In this document: one piece after another, positions 19,471 through 28,204 of the stretch
Position numbering within the stretch: position 1 is the stretch's first letter
Layout of the letters: each line of letters opens with the position of its first letter
Origin: a virus
Taxonomy: Duplodnaviria; Caudoviricetes
Strand: one strand, 5' to 3'
IMG/VR virus record: IMGVR_UViG_3300007363_000026
Coordinates: 1-54,512 of that record
Length of the DNA: 54,512 nt
Translations under genes and position numbers: made by a program
The notes under the pieces: generated by a model
Told to the model about the DNA's origin: nothing
What the model saw: only the letters and a program-made list of their open reading frames with translations
The model's database searches: none

Positions 19471-20030
19471 ATCATCAAAGCCGGATCGCTTTCAACTGTT
19501 CCAAAGACGCGATCGACCACCTTGCGCACACCGGGAAACTTCGGGTTGTCGTAGTCATGGCCGCAGATCAGACCGCCAGCCTTTACCTTTGGAAGCCAAG
19601 CGTCCAAGTCTGCCGTCAAACCCGCCTCTGAGTGATCTGCGTCGAGGAAAACGAAGTCCAGTGATCTGTCAGCGATGTCCTTGGCCGCATCAACAGAGCG
19701 CTTTCTGATGATCGTGCGCCGTTCATTAGCGAAAGCCGTGCTGATCTCAGCAACATGCGCGAACTTATCTTGCGTCTCTTGCAGCAACTGCGCGTGCCAG
19801 TCGTCTTTACCTTGGTAGGCAACCCCGTCGCCTTCCCAGCTATCGACCATGAATAGCGTCAGCTTTGGATGCCCCAGAAGCGCCTTCGATACGCGTCCGG
19901 TAAACACCCCAACCTCTGCCCCGACAATCGGCCCATATGGCATGCGCTCGAGAATGAACGCCGCTCTGAGCAATGCATCAGCATGGCCACGCATCGCTCC
20001 GGCCGTAACCTGCATGCTCACGTTCAGCAA
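19452..20030 (-). CDS. class I SAM-dependent methyltransferase (Methyltransf_24-like)
   Basis: GAEVGVFTG...VDSW...LDFVFLDADH...W.PKVKAGGLICGHDY. Confidence 0.85.
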   Translation of the reverse strand: MLNVSMQVTAGAMRGHADALLRAAFILERMPYGPIVGAEVGVFTGRVSKALLGHPKLTLFMVDSWEGDGVAYQGKDDWHAQLLQETQDKFAHVAEISTAFANERRTIIRKRSVDAAKDIADRSLDFVFLDADHSEAGLTADLDAWLPKVKAGGLICGHDYDNPKFPGVRKVVDRVFGTVESDPALMMWGVRC

Positions 20031-20034
20031 AGGA

Positions 20035-20907
20035 TCACCAGCATTGGAAAGCCTCTGCAGGCGACATCGTGTCCTTGTGTTCCTGCCAATGTCGATAACA
20101 GGCTTGCATCAGCCCATCACCGTGCATCTCGATCTCTATGGGATCGTACTTCCCGCTTTGGAAGTCCGTCAGCACGTTGGCAAAGCTCGTCACATGCTGC
20201 AGGAAGTTCAAGCTGGTGCGATAGCCGTTGACCTCGATCGAACTGCCGTCCGCCCACTGTCCCCAGCGCCGATCCCAATAGGCATGTGTCTCGGTGCCTT
20301 TGAAGGACGCATCCGACCCGAACAGATGAAACTTTCTGAACCCCAGCACGTATCCGATATGCAGCAAGCGCAGCGCGATTGACGTGCCGCCGCCGATCAT
20401 CATCTTGCCGGGGAAGTGCTCGCCCAGGATGTTGAACCCCGTTGCGTCGAAGGTAATTTCGCCATTCTTTGCGCCGATGTTGTCCGGTGTTGGGTGGAAC
20501 AGGCGCACATCGCAGCCCTCACCCAAAAGCTTGTCGAACAAGGACGGGTGGCAGTTCGAGGCCACGATATAGATGACGCGCTTGTCAGCAACCACAATAT
20601 CCGTCATGTGCGCATTAGCATCCATGACGCCGCACCAATGCGGAACGATGTCTCGGTCAAGCAGCCACTTCAGGCTTCCGTTCGCAGCGGCCACATAGCC
20701 AACCAGATCTGGATAGGTCTCAGAAAGCGAAGGCCCACCGGCCGCGATGGACAGCGGATGCTCATGAACCTTGCAGAACCCAATTTCCCGCAGTCCTCGC
20801 TTCAATGCGGACTGCATGTTTGACAGCATTTCTTCCGTCGAGATCGGTGGACGAAGTTCCACCTTCAGCGACTGGCCGTTGAAATGAACTGTGTCAGTCT
20901 GGATCAT
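20035..20907 (-). CDS. Maf/DUF115 (MptE-like) family protein, candidate glycosyltransferase
   Basis: IAAGGPSL...AANG...ASNCHP...IGGG.SI.LR...LGFRKFHLFGSD...HAY; ATGA-coupled start. Confidence 0.75.
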   Translation of the reverse strand: MIQTDTVHFNGQSLKVELRPPISTEEMLSNMQSALKRGLREIGFCKVHEHPLSIAAGGPSLSETYPDLVGYVAAANGSLKWLLDRDIVPHWCGVMDANAHMTDIVVADKRVIYIVASNCHPSLFDKLLGEGCDVRLFHPTPDNIGAKNGEITFDATGFNILGEHFPGKMMIGGGTSIALRLLHIGYVLGFRKFHLFGSDASFKGTETHAYWDRRWGQWADGSSIEVNGYRTSLNFLQHVTSFANVLTDFQSGKYDPIEIEMHGDGLMQACYRHWQEHKDTMSPAEAFQCW

Positions 20908-21131
20908 TTCTCCCAAGAGAACCCTTCTTTCGGAGCTACGTCGCTGAGATCCACAAGCTTGCCGCATGAGCCGCAACGGATGTCGTCACCATCAATTGGC
21001 GTGGACCCATCTGGCATAACTACATTCTTGGCCAAGGCCGTCTCCCCGGTTTCAATCGGCCCGTTATACGTGAACGCCACGCCTTGACAGGGCTCGTCTC
21101 CGCGGGAATGAAAAAGCACGATCGTCTCCAT
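20904..21131 (-). CDS. small Zn-ribbon protein
   Basis: AGGAGG RBS; H...C and CGSC motifs. Confidence 0.6.
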   Translation of the reverse strand: METIVLFHSRGDEPCQGVAFTYNGPIETGETALAKNVVMPDGSTPIDGDDIRCGSCGKLVDLSDVAPKEGFSWEK

Positions 21132-21170
21132 GAGAACCTCCTAAAGCGGTTCCACATACTAGCACACAGA

Positions 21171-21194
21171 GGCGAGGCGCTTCGGCGCCTCGCC
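21171..21194 (-). terminator. stable hairpin after the capsid/decoration genes
   Basis: GGCGAGGCGC-4nt-GCGCCTCGCC, a perfect 10-bp stem; weak U-tract. Confidence 0.55.
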
Positions 21195-21202
21195 AATGAG
21201 CG

Positions 21203-21721
21203 TTAGCCAGCGATCGACACGCGCTGTCCCGCGAACGGACGGGAAAGCTCGAACTCAGCGTGCAGATCGCCAACCACGGCGCTCGAGGCGCCAACAGCAC
21301 CGGAAATCCAGTCACCAGCCACGGAAGCGTCGTCGACACTGCCAGCAGTGTTCGTCAGATAGACGTATCCATTGTCGGCGAACGACGTGAGGCAGTTGCC
21401 GATAGCCTTGCCATTGATCTGGACCCATCCGTAGTAGCTCGCTGTGAGTGCCGCCATTGCTACGCCGACAGGGTAGTTTCCGTTTTGAACCGCACGAACA
21501 AGCGTGAAGTTGTCGGCGGGAATGCCAACCCAATCCTTGGCTGCGCAAGAGGCGACGCCCTTGACGTACTGGAACTCACCAACGCCGTAAGCGGTGGTGC
21601 CGATGTCCTTTGCCTGGACGATAACGCCAAGCGTATGCAGTGCGGTCGTCGACCGATCCGTGATGGGCTGAGCCCCAAGACGCGGATCAATGTGACGCCA
21701 GGTGCCGACAGTAAGTGCCAT
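21203..21721 (-). CDS. capsid decoration/cement protein
   Basis: Follows the capsid gene with an AAAGGAG RBS; GEFQYVKG...VGVAMAA...YGWVQI.G. Confidence 0.7.
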   Translation of the reverse strand: MALTVGTWRHIDPRLGAQPITDRSTTALHTLGVIVQAKDIGTTAYGVGEFQYVKGVASCAAKDWVGIPADNFTLVRAVQNGNYPVGVAMAALTASYYGWVQINGKAIGNCLTSFADNGYVYLTNTAGSVDDASVAGDWISGAVGASSAVVGDLHAEFELSRPFAGQRVSIAG

Positions 21722-21748
21722 GATAGTTGTCTCCTTTCTCTCGGCTGA

Positions 21749-23849
21749 TTACGCGACGATGACGCCGTGACGAGCCGCATTGCTGATGGTCAGGTTGCCC
21801 ATCCAATACAGCGGCGTAACAGTCGCATCCTGGTTGACGGCGACCTTGTCTTTCAACACCACGAAGTTCCGCGATTTCGCTGGACGGAAATGCAGATACT
21901 TCGAATTAATCATATACATACGATTGGTGTTGCAGTTCGGGTCATAGAAGACCGTCGCGCCCTTGTACTTGTAGCCACGGAAACCACCGACTGCCTTTTC
22001 GTTGGCATCCATGAAGCGCTGCTGGGCTTGCAGGCTTTCCTCGAAGTAGGTGAAATAGTTTTCACCGGCTACCACGAGGTCAACGTGTTCCGTTCCGCGT
22101 TCTGCACGGAGATAGATCACGTTCATTGCATGCTGGATCGTCGTCGACGATGCCGTCACGCTGTTGTCGCTGAAGTCGTAATACTGGTTGCGCCACCAAG
22201 TATTGCTGCTGCGATCGATGCCGCCAACCGTGCCAGAGGTCGGAAGATCGGCAAGAAGGTGCTGCAGACCACCGATCGCCTTACCGCCCTGCTCCGTGTT
22301 GGAGTAGAACAGAGAAGCCGAAATGTTGTTCTGCAGAGTGGCCTCTGCGACCTCGATGCGGGCTTTGATGAGGTTGTGCATGGCCTCCGCACCGGAGTTC
22401 TGCACTTCCTCAAGGCCACTCATCGTGACGTTGCAGTTGGCCTGCTTCCAATCGAAGTTTGCCGTCGTCAGAACGTCGGAAGCTTCGACACTGAGGTATT
22501 CATCGATGTGTTATCGCTAGCCTGTTTATGACTAGCTTCTGCATGTCGCCATGCAGTCCAGACTATATCATCGCTTTCGCGTCGGGCATTCGTGGGCGGG
22601 TTATTCTTTCGTCACCGCCTAGTCGTTACACCTTCCACAACCCTGAAAATCCAGAGGATTTCTACGTTTGTGGCTTGGCTCGGTATTGGCTCAGAAACCC
22701 CTCATTTGGTATAGTGAGCGTTCCACCGAATTAACCCGATTTGCTGTTGTTACTCAGGATCGCCATGGCCAAGAGAAAGCTCAAAGGTCAGTACTTCGTA
22801 TGTCAGTACTGCTCTGAAACCTTCTATCGAAGACCATCCCATGTGCGCCGCGGGATCACGAAGACCTGCGGCAAGCGCCAATGCATTAGCGCATCGGCCA
22901 TGGGGGAGAAGAACCCGTTTTGGGGAAAGAACCATTCATCCGAAGTCAAGGAGCACATCAAGAAGATGCGTCGTTCTCGTCCGCCTCGCCCGCCTGGAGC
23001 CGCCAAGTATGGCCCGCTCAAGGGCACTTACGTTGCCAGCAAGGAAGCCAGAGAAAAGATCTCAGCGGCTGTCAAAGCTGACTGGGCAAACAACAGAGAC
23101 AAGAGACTTGCGGCTGTCGCCAAGGGCACGGAAGTTAAGCTCTCAAAGTTCTTCAACAAAGAGCCGCGCCATCGTGTCCGCTTCACTCCAATGCAACATA
23201 AGGAGTGGGGCGAAAAATCTTGCAAGTGGTGTGATGCCACCGAAGACTTGGTTCTTGACCACATCTTCCCGGTAATGGCTGGCGGCACGAACCGAAGGGC
23301 GAATGCCCAAACGCTGTGCCGCAAGTGTAACCTTTGGAAGATGCGCTTTATAGATCGTCCTCTCGTGTTAGCGATGCTGGATAACAAAGGGGCTGATCAC
23401 AACCCGGAGTACCAAGAGCAAGCTGTTACTTTCGCGGACTCCACCGCTACTGACCATCAACCGGATGGCGGGGAAACCTCTTCGGGTCTCCCTCTCTGGC
23501 TTCACAAGAAAGCGTCATAACCAGAGAGCAGACTGTCGCATCCCTTTCGGGTCACCTCGCTCAGTCGTTCACGGCGGGCTGGGTGGCCCTTCCGCCTTGT
23601 CACCCTCGCCAGGGCTTCCAAGTCAATCAGAGGTGATTTATCCACGTCCTAAAGATTTAACGTGCCATTTTCTGCGTACTTGAGGTTCTCCAACAGCTTC
23701 ACGCCACCCGTCGCCGGATCGGTGTTGCCGTTGTTCTTGAGGTAAAGCAGAAGAACGTTGTTCGTGAGAACGTTGTCCGCCAGCTTTGACCGGTAGTTGT
23801 CGATGGTCGTAGTCAGGATTTCGGAATAACTGGTGTTCGGCGCGGCCAT
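21749..23849 (-). CDS. major capsid protein, spliced: join(23849..23659, 23418..23402, 22503..21749), 320 aa
   Basis: Joining the exons gives 963 nt in frame, reading ...KYAENGT-F-SWYSG-Y-EYLSVEASDVLTTANFDWKQ...; located after the scaffold gene. Confidence 0.85.
22504..23401 (-). ncRNA. group I intron 2 (898 nt) with HNH gene in the P2 loop
   Basis: P1 GGGU/GCCC; long P2; P3 UCGGG/CCCGA; P4 UUCGGU/ACCGAG; GUAACGACUA and GAUAUAGUC (P7); extra hairpin between P7 and P3; P9 CUGCAUG-GCGA-CAUGCAG; terminal G at 22504. Confidence 0.9.
22686..22715 (+). promoter_or_regulatory. candidate antisense promoter for the intron HNH gene
   Basis: TTGGCT-18-TATAGT with extended -10 TG, inside the P5 region of intron 2, about 50 nt before ATG 22765. 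Confidence 0.5.
22765..23520 (+). CDS. intron-associated NUMOD3 + HNH homing endonuclease, antisense to the capsid gene
   Basis: AGGA RBS; CQYC/TCGKRQC Zn finger; NUMOD3 GEKNPFWGKNHS.E.K..I; HNH CKWC...LDHIFP...GG.N...N.QTLCRKCN. Confidence 0.85.
   Translation: MAKRKLKGQYFVCQYCSETFYRRPSHVRRGITKTCGKRQCISASAMGEKNPFWGKNHSSEVKEHIKKMRRSRPPRPPGAAKYGPLKGTYVASKEAREKISAAVKADWANNRDKRLAAVAKGTEVKLSKFFNKEPRHRVRFTPMQHKEWGEKSCKWCDATEDLVLDHIFPVMAGGTNRRANAQTLCRKCNLWKMRFIDRPLVLAMLDNKGADHNPEYQEQAVTFADSTATDHQPDGGETSSGLPLWLHKKAS
23402..23418 (-). other. 17-nt micro-exon of the capsid gene (C TCT TGG TAC TCC GGG T)
   Basis: Lies between the terminal G of intron 1 and the U.G of intron 2 P1; restores the frame and encodes SWYSG. 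Confidence 0.8.
23419..23658 (-). ncRNA. group I intron 1 (240 nt, no own ORF)
   Basis: P1 CACGUU/GACGUG with U.G at the splice site; P3 UCACCUC/GAGGUGA; P4 CUUG/CAAG; P7 GACUG/CAGUC; P8 CCC-GAAA-GGG; several P9 hairpins; terminal G at 23419. Confidence 0.85.
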
Positions 23850-23879
23850 AGCCGTGTTGCCTTTCTCTTAAGGCCCGAA

Positions 23880-25016
23880 TTATCCGTGCTGCGCCATTGC
23901 GTCGCGAATGATGTCGTCGAGGGATTTGGGTTTTGCTGATTGCGTTGCCACGGACGTTGCGGGCTTCACAGCCGTAACCCGTTTTGCGCGATCTGCTTCA
24001 CGAGCTTTTTCCGCCTTTGCGACTGCCATTTTTCTCTCGATCTCGAGTTGAGACGAGCGAAGTTCAGGATGCGCCCACATGGCGGCTTCGTAGGCCGCTG
24101 CGAGTTTGTCCTGGCCTTCTGGCATCTGAGCGATTTCGGGGTAAGAGTTCATGATCTCACCCATCTGTCGCTGCAGCTTGTCGAAGTGCGGGAATTTGAG
24201 CTGGCCGTTGTCGTCCTGTTGGGCACGAAAGGTCTGGATCTGGTTAACCAGAGCCCTTTCCTGCTGTGCCTGTGCGGACTGGCGAGCCCAAAGCTCAGCC
24301 TTTTCCCTTTCAGATAGCTTCGCCTCGAATTGCGCAAGACGTTCTTCGAGCAGCTTCACCTTGGGATCGGACAGAAGGGCTTCGAGGCTTTGCTCGGGGT
24401 TTTCCTGCGTGTCCGGCTGATTTGCGCGGAAGCCAAGATCTTCGGGCTTGATGCCGAGTTGCTGAAACGCCCATTTTGCATAGCCGACTTTGTCACGAGC
24501 GGCGAATTGCTGGATCTGGTGAAGGTACTGCAAGTATTGCAGTTCATTCAGTCCAGTCGCAGCCATTTGCTGGCGTGTGGTGTCGTCTATGATGGAACGA
24601 ACAGCGTCGGCCATTTTGGCCTTATCGCTTAGCTCCTGAGATCTGCGCGTGAAGCCACCCTCAAGATCCTTAGCCAATCGTTTGATGATTGACTGAGCAT
24701 CTGGAGGGAGCGCACTGAACGCCTTTTTGTCGGCTTCTGGCCAGTGTTGGGGTGGGTCGAAAGTCTGAGGTTTGTCCTCTGGCTTTTGGCCTTCCTCTAC
24801 TGCGTCGCCGGCTTTGGCATCTTCACTGCTGCGCTGATCTTCGGCCGTTTGCTGAACGCCTGGTTCAAGGAGCGCCTCGACATCGTCGTCTTGCTTCTGA
24901 ACCTCATTACCACCTGTCGTTGCCGCAACCGCCGCGCTAATCGCATCCGACAAGCCCATTCCGCTGCCCGTATTGCCAGATGACTGGCCACTGCCGGCTT
25001 GGGAACTTACGTCCAT
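23880..25016 (-). CDS. capsid scaffolding protein
   Basis: Acidic N-terminus, PPQHW motif, Gln-rich coiled coil, C-terminal SLDDII; directly before the capsid gene. Confidence 0.75.
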   Translation of the reverse strand: MDVSSQAGSGQSSGNTGSGMGLSDAISAAVAATTGGNEVQKQDDDVEALLEPGVQQTAEDQRSSEDAKAGDAVEEGQKPEDKPQTFDPPQHWPEADKKAFSALPPDAQSIIKRLAKDLEGGFTRRSQELSDKAKMADAVRSIIDDTTRQQMAATGLNELQYLQYLHQIQQFAARDKVGYAKWAFQQLGIKPEDLGFRANQPDTQENPEQSLEALLSDPKVKLLEERLAQFEAKLSEREKAELWARQSAQAQQERALVNQIQTFRAQQDDNGQLKFPHFDKLQRQMGEIMNSYPEIAQMPEGQDKLAAAYEAAMWAHPELRSSQLEIERKMAVAKAEKAREADRAKRVTAVKPATSVATQSAKPKSLDDIIRDAMAQHG

Positions 25017-25315
25017 CTGAATGATGCTCCTCTACCCTTTTCACGGATACGCTCTACGCGTCTTTGCTCACCTCCGATGATTTCGCCTTTGCGGAAATCG
25101 CCCGCTTGGCGCACCCCGAAACGCTGCTCGTGCGCTCGGAGTTGACTGCGGGAGGTGATGAATTCGCCGTTGATGGGAGACTGAAAGCCCCCGTTGTATG
25201 CACGGTCGATGTCGGGAAGAATGTTGTGGGCGCGACGCGCTCTTGGGACGTAGTTGTCGTCCCTTACCTCTACGCGCGCACCTGTGACGTGGTCGTAAAA
25301 GATGCGTGTGCGCAT
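25007..25315 (-). CDS. conserved head-module protein
   Basis: PDI..Y..F.SPI.GE.ITSRS.LR.H motif, upstream of the scaffold gene. Confidence 0.65.
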   Translation of the reverse strand: MRTRIFYDHVTGARVEVRDDNYVPRARRAHNILPDIDRAYNGGFQSPINGEFITSRSQLRAHEQRFGVRQAGDFRKGEIIGGEQRRVERIREKGRGASFRWT

Positions 25316-25317
25316 CC

Positions 25318-25734
25318 TTATCCTCCGAATGGATATTCGAGATCAGCAAACATGGGGCTCACGGTTGCCGTCGAAACAGGCGCATTGCGGTAGAGCATGT
25401 TCCTTGCCGTCTGGTCGTAGATGATAAGAGCGTGAGCCTGTAGGTCTGCCGCCAGCGCTGGGAGATAGACGGTGAGGGTAAATCCCGGCTCTGTTACCGC
25501 GGGAGACACCAGCACCGGATTGTCTGGGTCTGTGCGATCCCATACAGCGGGTGAGGTCGTGATGGTCTGATTGGCGACGACGAATGATTGATCCCACGTA
25601 GGCGTCTCGCCGTTGTGGTGGACGATGGACAATGGTTGCCCGCGCCAGCCGGTGAATTCCATGCCTTCAAGAGCCGTGAAGGCATCTGCCTCTGAGGCGA
25701 AGTGGAGAAGGTGGGCTATGATGGTGTCACTCAC
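25318..25734 (-). CDS. fiber-associated small protein
   Basis: LHFASEADA motif; directly follows the fiber gene. Confidence 0.6.
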   Translation of the reverse strand: MSDTIIAHLLHFASEADAFTALEGMEFTGWRGQPLSIVHHNGETPTWDQSFVVANQTITTSPAVWDRTDPDNPVLVSPAVTEPGFTLTVYLPALAADLQAHALIIYDQTARNMLYRNAPVSTATVSPMFADLEYPFGG

Positions 25735-25741
25735 GGATGCC

Positions 25742-28204
25742 TCACGTCACTAGCGTTTGCAGATTGGTGTCTCCAACCTTTGTGGGCAGGAAGGTGACCC
25801 GCGGGATGTAGCCGCACATATAGGAAGACGAACCCGCGTCACCGCCGAGATAGATATTCGTCAATCCGCTGAAGCCGTTCGCATCCGACACAAGCGTTCC
25901 GCCTGTCGAGGTCAGCGAGCGGGCCGAAGACGAATAGGCGTTGGCCGCCTTAAATGAAGTTGTCGCTGGGTTTGCGAGGCTGTGGTTGATGTTCACAGAG
26001 GCGTTGTATGTTGCAATCCTCTGCGATGTCGTGAAGTTCACGAATGATCTAAAGCCGTTTGCAGCGATTATGCGTGGCGTTGCCGACAGCCAAGCTGCGT
26101 CTATGGTCGCGGATTGCGCCTGAACATAGAACGTGCCCGTCGCAGCGTTGTTAATCGCAGTCGGACTGGTGATGCTGATATTATCCGCATTCCTCGTCAC
26201 AGACCCTGTTGTGGTCGGGATGTAACTCGTGGCGAAGGCTCCGAGTTCAAGTTGAGCGCCCCAAATGTAATATCCTGACGCCCCATCGCCCTGATACGAT
26301 GACGTATTGTCTGCGCTGGCGTGTTCGATCTCAAAGTAACCGCTATACGCGCCTCCAGGCGTGCGCGTAACGGAGCACCTGTACCAACCATTAGCCAGCG
26401 CTGTGATGGTAGCCGTATTGCCGGCAGCACTGGTCCCGACAGAACCAGAACCTGAGAGATTGAAGAACGTCTTCTTGTTGCCATCAGTGCTGTTGAAGGC
26501 ATTGATGACAAACCACGTGCGGCCATTCGGCTTGACGTAGATTGACCACGTGTATGCAGCCGCCGAAAGGGTGATCGCTGACGTACTGTAGAACTGACGG
26601 AAGTTGTTCGTGTTATCTTCTATGAGCGTGTCTGCGGTCAGCGTTCCGTCTGGAGCTGTAGCCGTATTGGGAGATACAGAGCACCGTGTGGTCGACCATG
26701 CCCCGTTGTCGAATTCTTGCGAACGCAGTGCGAGGTTGGCCCGGCTCTCTTCCACCAGCAGCCCGTTATCCCCGTACCTCAGGGTATTGGCGCCGAACGA
26801 GATCAGGCTTCCTGTCGACGTCGTGTAGTACGTCGTTGCTGGGGCTGCTCTTGTGCAGGTCAGGAGAGAGGCGATAGAGACAGACGATCTTGTCGACTGC
26901 CCAAGATAGGAACGGGTGTAGGCGGTATTCGCCGTGAAATCTATATCAAGGGTGGAGTCGGTGAGGACGTAAGAGGTGAGGGTCTGGAGGTTGGCGTTGG
27001 AGACGCGGGAATTCCAAACCGCAAAGCGGCGATAGTAACCACTTTGATATAAGCCCAGAGAAGGAAAACTGCCGATATTGGCGCTGACACCACTTGTGCT
27101 TGCAAGTGTAGCCACGTTGTCAGTTGTTGCTGTACTACCATTCAAGACAGATGCGACATCGTTAGTGTCAAACGCAACAGCGTACTTGAAGGCTGAGCCC
27201 ACATTGACTGTCGATCTATCTAGCGTTGCCTGTGTAGCTCCACCTGTTTGCGGTGTCGCGCGGACTACGCCACCGCTGCTATCGCTAACATCCATTGGGC
27301 GCTCTGTAGCGCCGACATTGGCAATTGCAAAATACCGGCTCCCGCTTCCAGGCAAAGTCGCAGGATTGGCTTCAAGAAAATAGGTATTTGCTGCGGCACC
27401 TAGCCAAGATACGGTGTTGAAGCTCACCGCATCCGCACTTCTCGCCTGTGACCCACTTGTCGTAGGGATGTAAGACGTGGCGAAGGAACCGGCTTCAAGC
27501 TGGGCGCCCCAGACCAGAATGCTTCCTGAGTTGCCCGCGACGTTATTTCTGATCGCTATGTTACCAGTCACCGTTGCAGTCGCGGTGTGTGTTACGGTGA
27601 TGCGTTGCCACGTCGTTGTCAGAGATACGTCGGCGCTACCGTCAATTCCGCCACTGGAAACAGAAATGCGACATGACGTTGTTCCGGTCTTTGCGCGAAC
27701 ATAAACGCTTCCCGTGTATGTAGTTCCGCTGGTTACGGAAATGCTTTGATAAACCGCTCCGGCCGCGCCAATCGCACCGCCGTCCGTCCCAAGAGCAACT
27801 TCATAGGCCGTCGCCGTTCCATCTGGCGCAAGTGATGCAGATGCGCCTGTTTTTGAACAGCCTGCACCAAACACAGCCCACGCTGCATTGCTAAAATCTT
27901 GACTACGAAGGCAAAGGTTCGTCCTGCTTTCCTCCACCAACAAGCCATTGTTCCCATTCCTAAGCGTATTAGTTGCAAATCCCGTCAGCGTCCCATCTGC
28001 ATTGGTGTAGTACGTTGTTGCTGGCGCTGCGCGGGTACAAGCGAGAAGGGAAGCGATGGTTGTGGTTGAGGAATTGTAGGCAAGGTCATTGACGAAATCT
28101 ATGTCGAGGGACGCAGGAACGGCCCCAGCAGTGAGCACCCACGCAGGAGTGCCACCGGCCAATGCCGCAAAATTCAACCCACGAAGGCGCGGATCAAACA
28201 GCAT
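25742..28204 (-). CDS. head fiber/spike-like protein made of two tandem ~400-aa lectin-like units
   Basis: Duplicated LDIDF...CTRAAPATTYYT...NGLLVEESR.NL.LRSQ...APDGT.TA...WGAQLE.G.FATSYIPTT; located in the head module. Confidence 0.75.
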   Translation of the reverse strand: MLFDPRLRGLNFAALAGGTPAWVLTAGAVPASLDIDFVNDLAYNSSTTTIASLLACTRAAPATTYYTNADGTLTGFATNTLRNGNNGLLVEESRTNLCLRSQDFSNAAWAVFGAGCSKTGASASLAPDGTATAYEVALGTDGGAIGAAGAVYQSISVTSGTTYTGSVYVRAKTGTTSCRISVSSGGIDGSADVSLTTTWQRITVTHTATATVTGNIAIRNNVAGNSGSILVWGAQLEAGSFATSYIPTTSGSQARSADAVSFNTVSWLGAAANTYFLEANPATLPGSGSRYFAIANVGATERPMDVSDSSGGVVRATPQTGGATQATLDRSTVNVGSAFKYAVAFDTNDVASVLNGSTATTDNVATLASTSGVSANIGSFPSLGLYQSGYYRRFAVWNSRVSNANLQTLTSYVLTDSTLDIDFTANTAYTRSYLGQSTRSSVSIASLLTCTRAAPATTYYTTSTGSLISFGANTLRYGDNGLLVEESRANLALRSQEFDNGAWSTTRCSVSPNTATAPDGTLTADTLIEDNTNNFRQFYSTSAITLSAAAYTWSIYVKPNGRTWFVINAFNSTDGNKKTFFNLSGSGSVGTSAAGNTATITALANGWYRCSVTRTPGGAYSGYFEIEHASADNTSSYQGDGASGYYIWGAQLELGAFATSYIPTTTGSVTRNADNISITSPTAINNAATGTFYVQAQSATIDAAWLSATPRIIAANGFRSFVNFTTSQRIATYNASVNINHSLANPATTSFKAANAYSSSARSLTSTGGTLVSDANGFSGLTNIYLGGDAGSSSYMCGYIPRVTFLPTKVGDTNLQTLVT

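Noticed and set aside
23419-23423. Alternative 3' splice site of intron 1 at G23423
   Set aside because: It adds 4 nt and shifts the frame, losing SWYSG.
22504-23658. A single intron or a nested twintron
   Set aside because: Joining exon 1 directly to exon 3 is out of frame (191+755 nt); the 17-nt spacer is coding and each core has its own P1 and terminal G.
21749-23849. Capsid pseudogene, or two separate genes of 66 and 224 aa
   Set aside because: Precise group I splice signals restore a single frame.
25742-28204. Diversity-generating retroelement template/variable repeat pair
   Set aside because: No reverse transcriptase was seen in the window, and the differences between units are not adenine-specific.
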